Assembly (NCBI GenBank): GCA_043228905.1
Contig: JBHGNT010000004.1
Coordinates: 8,060,001-8,124,000, forward strand
DNA length: 64,000 bases
Direction: 5' to 3'
Source: Azolla caroliniana
Lineage: Eukaryota; Plantae; Polypodiophyta
Shown: positions 59,452-64,000 of the stretch, piece after piece
Position numbering within the stretch: position 1 is the stretch's first letter
Layout of the letters: every line of letters starts with the position of its first letter
Made by a program: the position numbers and the translations under genes
The notes under the pieces: model-generated
Seen by the model: only the letters and a program-made list of their open reading frames with translations
The model's database searches: none
Told to the model about the DNA's origin: nothing

Positions 59452-59957
59452 AATATTATCGTCTTCGAAGGTCAAATATGACCTATGAGACCAAAAATAT
59501 TACATTTCACGTGATAAGTGTGAAGGTGAGTAGCGACTCTCAATGTTCAAGAACTTAACCAATGAATGTTGCAATCGAGAGTGCACATCGTGGTTGTGAG
59601 AGAAATTCGTGCAAGGATTGGGCTCGATCGAAGAGATGTGGAAAGCATGGTCGAATATGATCAAAGGCAGAGAGCATTGTATCAAAGTGTGATACTCAGA
59701 CTCTCGAACTTGTTTAGGGCAAAGTGTGCATAGTCGGCCACTCTCATCACTTGTGCCCCAACGCCCCATCTCACATCTCAATGCGTGTGACCTAAGTCGC
59801 ATGAAAGCGATGGTTCAAATGGCAGATATCGGGATGGGCTCTAACATGTATCGATGTGTACGGCTTCCCCGTTCCGTGAAGAATATGGTTTTGTAGTTAG
59901 GTGCAACATTTGTAGTATAATGTGTGACGTGTGAGCCACCACATTTGTCCCATTTGT
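59449..59957 (-). mobile_element. 5'-truncated second copy of the RTEX-like LINE (about 500 bp of the 3' end) within (GA)n
   Basis: High identity to 48520-49018; GA repeats on both sides. Confidence 0.92.
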
Positions 59958-59976
59958 AGAGAGAGAGAGAACTATT

Positions 59977-62900
59977 TGTTAGGAAATAGGTCCCTCCGGA
60001 TGGTGAAGACCCGGTGAGAACCGGATGAAGAGTACCCGGCTACGGAGAGTCGGATTGTGCAGACCCGGTGAGAACCGAATGAAGAGTACCTAGCTACGGA
60101 GAGCCGGATGGTGCAGACCCGGTGAGAACCGGATGAGGAGTACCCGGCTACGGAGAGCTGGATGGTGCAGACCTGGTGAGAACCGGATGACGAGTACCCG
60201 ACAATCGCCGGATGATGCAGGCTCGGTGAGGAGTGCTCACCGGATGAAGAGACATATTCGTAAATATGTTTCTAAGAGTCCATCGGGGCTATATCTGTAA
60301 ATAGCCGAAAAGTCATATTAGTATAAATATGACTTAGGGCAAACTATGGAGAAAGAGTGGTTGTCATTCTTGTTGGCGCTAGAAGAGAGTGCGCTTAACA
60401 GTGTACAGAGAGAGAGAGAGAGAGAGGAAGAGGTCGTTGCCTCTGTTGTAACCGCCGCTTGTGGCGAAGATCGTGAGCACGAGGTCGTTGCCTCCGTGAG
60501 CTCACTGTTGTAATCATTGTGATATAGAGATAGTTTGGAGTCTGTGGACTCCCGTGGTTTTTCCCTCTCAGGGTTTTCCATGTTAAACATCATGTGTACT
60601 CTTCTCTCTTTTGTGTCGTGCATCCATTCCCGTTTTTCTATGTATGTTTCTAAGCTCGGTTGTGGCCGAGCGTTGCGCATAGGGAGCGTGCAGTTCCTGT
60701 CAAAGTGGTATCAGAGCGAAAGGACACAGAAAATGGATGAATCGTTGGGAGGCATGTTCAAGCTCACCGGCTCCAACTATTCGGTGTGGAAGTCGAAGAT
60801 GAGGGACATGCTCGTGGTTAAAGACCTCTGGCTGCCGGTTCAGTTCGGGGACAAGAGACCAGACAAAATCGACGCCGCAATATGGGAGGTAATGCAATGA
60901 AGACAACGGCGTACATACGGTGCTTCATCGACATGAGCCTATACAACAACTTTAATGAAGAGAGTAAGGCTCATGAGCTCTAGGAGAAGATCAGCATTAT
61001 GTTTCAAAACAAAAATGTTGTTAATTAGGTTTTGGTATTTCGGAAGCTAGTAAGACTCCGGTACCAAGATGGCTCTAGCATGGCGGAGCACATGAATGCC
61101 TTCCAGGGGCTGATCCACTAGGCAACATCATTGGAAGTACCTCTTGCCGATGAGGTACTAGCACTACTCCTGCTTGGTTCCCTCCCGGATAGCTGGGAGA
61201 CGTTGGTTGTCACTATGGGCAACGCCGGGCTGGAAGGGAAACGGTTATCCCTAGCAAGAGTGAAGTCGAGCTTGCTAGATGAGGAGGCGCGTCGGAAAGA
61301 TAAGGATACAAGCTTCGACTCCAAAGCGCTCCTTATCGAATCGGAACGCGGAAGACATAGAAACCGTAGTCCCCAGAACCGGGAAAAGTCGGGGACACGG
61401 TCAAAGTCAAGGGGGAGGCCTACTTGCTTCTATTGCAGCAAGCCGGGACACTTCCAGAAGAACTGTTGGCATTTCCGAAAAGACAAGGAAACCAACGGTA
61501 CCGATTCGAAGCGGATACCGGACCGGAACGGTAAAGACCGAAGGGGAACGGACCGGAAGGGAACGACGGCAATCACGGCAAGTGAAGAAGAGTTGATGCT
61601 CATCATCGAGGAGAGTGAGATAAACCTTGCCGGCGACGAGATGACCTGGGTGGTTGACTCCGGAGCGTCGTTCCACCTTACCCCGGACCGAAAATGCTTC
61701 TCATCCTACTCAACCAGTGACCACGGCTATGTCCGGATGGGGAATGAGGTACATGCCAAATTGTCGGCATAGGAGACGTGTGGTTGACAACACAAACCGG
61801 ATGCAAGCTGCTGCTGAATGATGTCCGACACGTTCCGGAGGTTCATCTCAACCTGATATCAACGGGTCGGCTAGATGATGAAGGCTACACGGGTAGCATC
61901 CAGAACGGTGTTATGAAGTTCAGCAAAGGGAGCCTGATTGTGGCTCGGGCCCGGAAGGTAAACACGTTGTACTTGATGAATGCCAGGTTATGTTCGGAGG
62001 AAGTGAACGTGGCATCCGACACTGCCGGTGAGCTGTGGCACAAAAGGCTGTGTCACATGAGCGAGAAGGGGATGAAGAGGCTTGCAAACGACAACCTCAT
62101 TCCAGTGAAGAACGTGCACTTGGAGAAGTGCACTGATTGTCTGGCCGGTAAGCAAAACCGGACCTCCTTCCGATCGAGGCCACCGATGAGACGTAATGCA
62201 CCACTGGAGTTGGTGCATACTGATGTGTGTCAAGTGGACACGAAGTCACATGCAGGATTGCAGTACTTCGTGACGTTCATAGATGATCACAGTCGGAAGT
62301 TGTGGGCCACACCGTTGAAGACGAAGGATCAGGTGCTATCCGTCTTCCAAGAGCTCCACGCGAGAGTGGAAAGAGAAACCGGCCGGAAGCTGAAGGTGGT
62401 TCGAGCAGATAACGGAGGTGAATACCGGGGGCAGTTCGAGGAGTACTGTCGCTCGAAGGGAATCCGGCTCAAATTTACCGTGCCGAAGACGCCGGAACTA
62501 AACGGGCTGGCCGAGAGGATGAACCAGACCATAATGGAGAGGGTCCGAAGTATGCTGGCGCATGCAAAACTACCCAAGAAGTTTTGGGCTGAGGCACTCT
62601 CGACGACGACATATGTGATAAACAGATCACCCTCAATACCCTTGGACGGAGACACGCCACAGAGAGTATGGACCGGTAAGGAAGTGTCCTATCGGCATCT
62701 GAAGGTGTTCGGGTGTCTCGCGTACGTGCATGTAGCTAAGGATCGGAGAGGAAAGTTAGATCCAAAGACCCGGCCATGCATATTCCTCGGTTATGGCGAC
62801 GATGAGTTCGGCTACCAAGTGTGGGACCCGGTCGACAAGAAGGTATTCCGGAGTCGAGATATTATCTTCATGGAGGACAAGACGCTCGCCGACTGGGAGT

Positions 62901-63440
62901 CGGAGAAGAAGATAATGAACTCTGAGTCGACCGGTAAGGATCGATTCTACGATGAGCAGACCCAACCGGCAAGAGACTAGTTAGCACTCGAGGAACCGGC
63001 CGGTTACGGTGAGGATACCGAACCGGCAGAAGAAGAAGTAGAGGAACCTGAAACCGGAACCGGCCAAGACCCCGAATCGGATTCGGATGAAGAGCAAATG
63101 GAGGAGCCGGTTACCGAAGCCCAAAGACGGAGATATCCTCTCAGAGAGAGAAGGGCCCCCCAGAGATATCCGGATGTAGAGCATGTGCTGCTAACCGATG
63201 AGGGGGAGCCAGAAAGCTTCGAAGAAGCGAAGGATGACACCCACAGCCGAAAATCGTTAAGTGCCATGCAGGATGAAATGGATTCCCTGCATGAGAACCA
63301 TACATACGAATTGGTGGAGTTGCAGAAAGGAAAGCAGGCATTCCGGAACAAGTGGGTGTACAAGTTGAAACCAGGAGATGTCGGCAACCCCCCGAGATAC
63401 AAAGCCAGGATCGTGGTAAAGGGGTTCCAGCAGAAGAAGG
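59977..63440 (+). mobile_element. Ty1/copia (Tork/Tnt1-like): 5' LTR 59977-60702 with 54-bp tandem repeats, PBS 60706-60717, gag-PR-IN, truncated early in RT
   Basis: TG...CA LTR; TGGTATCAGAGC; gag NYSVWKSKM; CFYCSKPGH; WVVDSGAS; LWHKRLCH; HTDV, RADNGGEY, NGLAER; RT start KWVYKLK..YKARIVVKGFQQKKG then an abrupt break. Confidence 0.93.
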
Positions 63441-64000
63441 GCTCGTTGTATCCTTGACCCTTATCCCGGGTCTTCCTTCTTTCGCAAGTCGAGAGGGTGG
63501 CTCGCTCCACACCCTCTCCTGTGGTACCGACATAATGTGTTCCCGGCCTCTTCGTAGGCTTGCTCTCTTCCTCCCTCCCGGAATGGTTTTCCAGAAGTCC
63601 GCTCCGCCCGGTTCTCGTCCGGGTCCGTCCGTCATTCTCTGGATTGTCGGGTCCCGTTCTCCTGTCGCCACCGATCTCACCTATAGGACTCACGTCGGCA
63701 CTCGGGCCGACAGCCGGATCGGTGTAAGGAACTCCGTAGACCGGCCTTCATTCTCCTTTTCATCCCCTGTACTTCTCCCGAACTCGTCGACGCTTTCCTT
63801 GCTGCGTTCCCGCCTCCATCTTCCATCTCTTTCGGTCTCACGTTGCCACGTCGGCCGAACTGCCGAAGTCTCTGGATAGGATGTGGTCGTAACTGATTTC
63901 TCAACGTCTTTCGGCGACTCGTCTGGGCCACCGCCCCTTTTAGTGGTGTCGGTGGATAGCATCCGCTCTGTGATCAATCAAGCCCCACCTGAGCTTGATT
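63441..64000 (-). other. Unidentified GC-rich sequence joined to the truncated copia, probably another retroelement
   Basis: Abrupt junction in copia RT; charged open frames on the minus strand without a diagnostic motif. Confidence 0.3.

Overview
Eukaryotic land-plant nuclear DNA (intron-rich genes, microsatellites, dense nested retrotransposons; a fern or other non-seed plant is my inference). Three host loci: (1) an apparently intact WRC + Cys-rich + JmjC KDM3/JMJ25-family H3K9 demethylase gene (+, 1767-9007); (2) a cytosolic NADP-isocitrate dehydrogenase gene (+, 31495-35697) with an in-frame TAG and a destroyed splice acceptor, so probably a young pseudogene; (3) a small EMB2735-like gene (-, 45295-38909) whose 5.7-kb intron holds a decayed LINE, a 162-bp higher-order tandem array, stacked LINE tails, a long inverted repeat and a copia fragment. 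The rest is transposons: a gypsy/copia/LINE nest (13.8-30 kb), a near full-length RTEX-like LINE (48.5-59.2 kb) split by a hAT element with an 8-bp TSD, and a truncated copia (60-63.4 kb). Top finding: removing the hAT shows the LINE ORF2 in frame behind a single ORF1 UAG with no Met. A 17-nt segment 7 nt after that UAG is complementary to the 5' arm of the element's conserved 3'-terminal stem-loop. This suggests a virus-like long-distance readthrough / replication RNA switch in a LINE. All coordinates were read by eye and no database searches were run.
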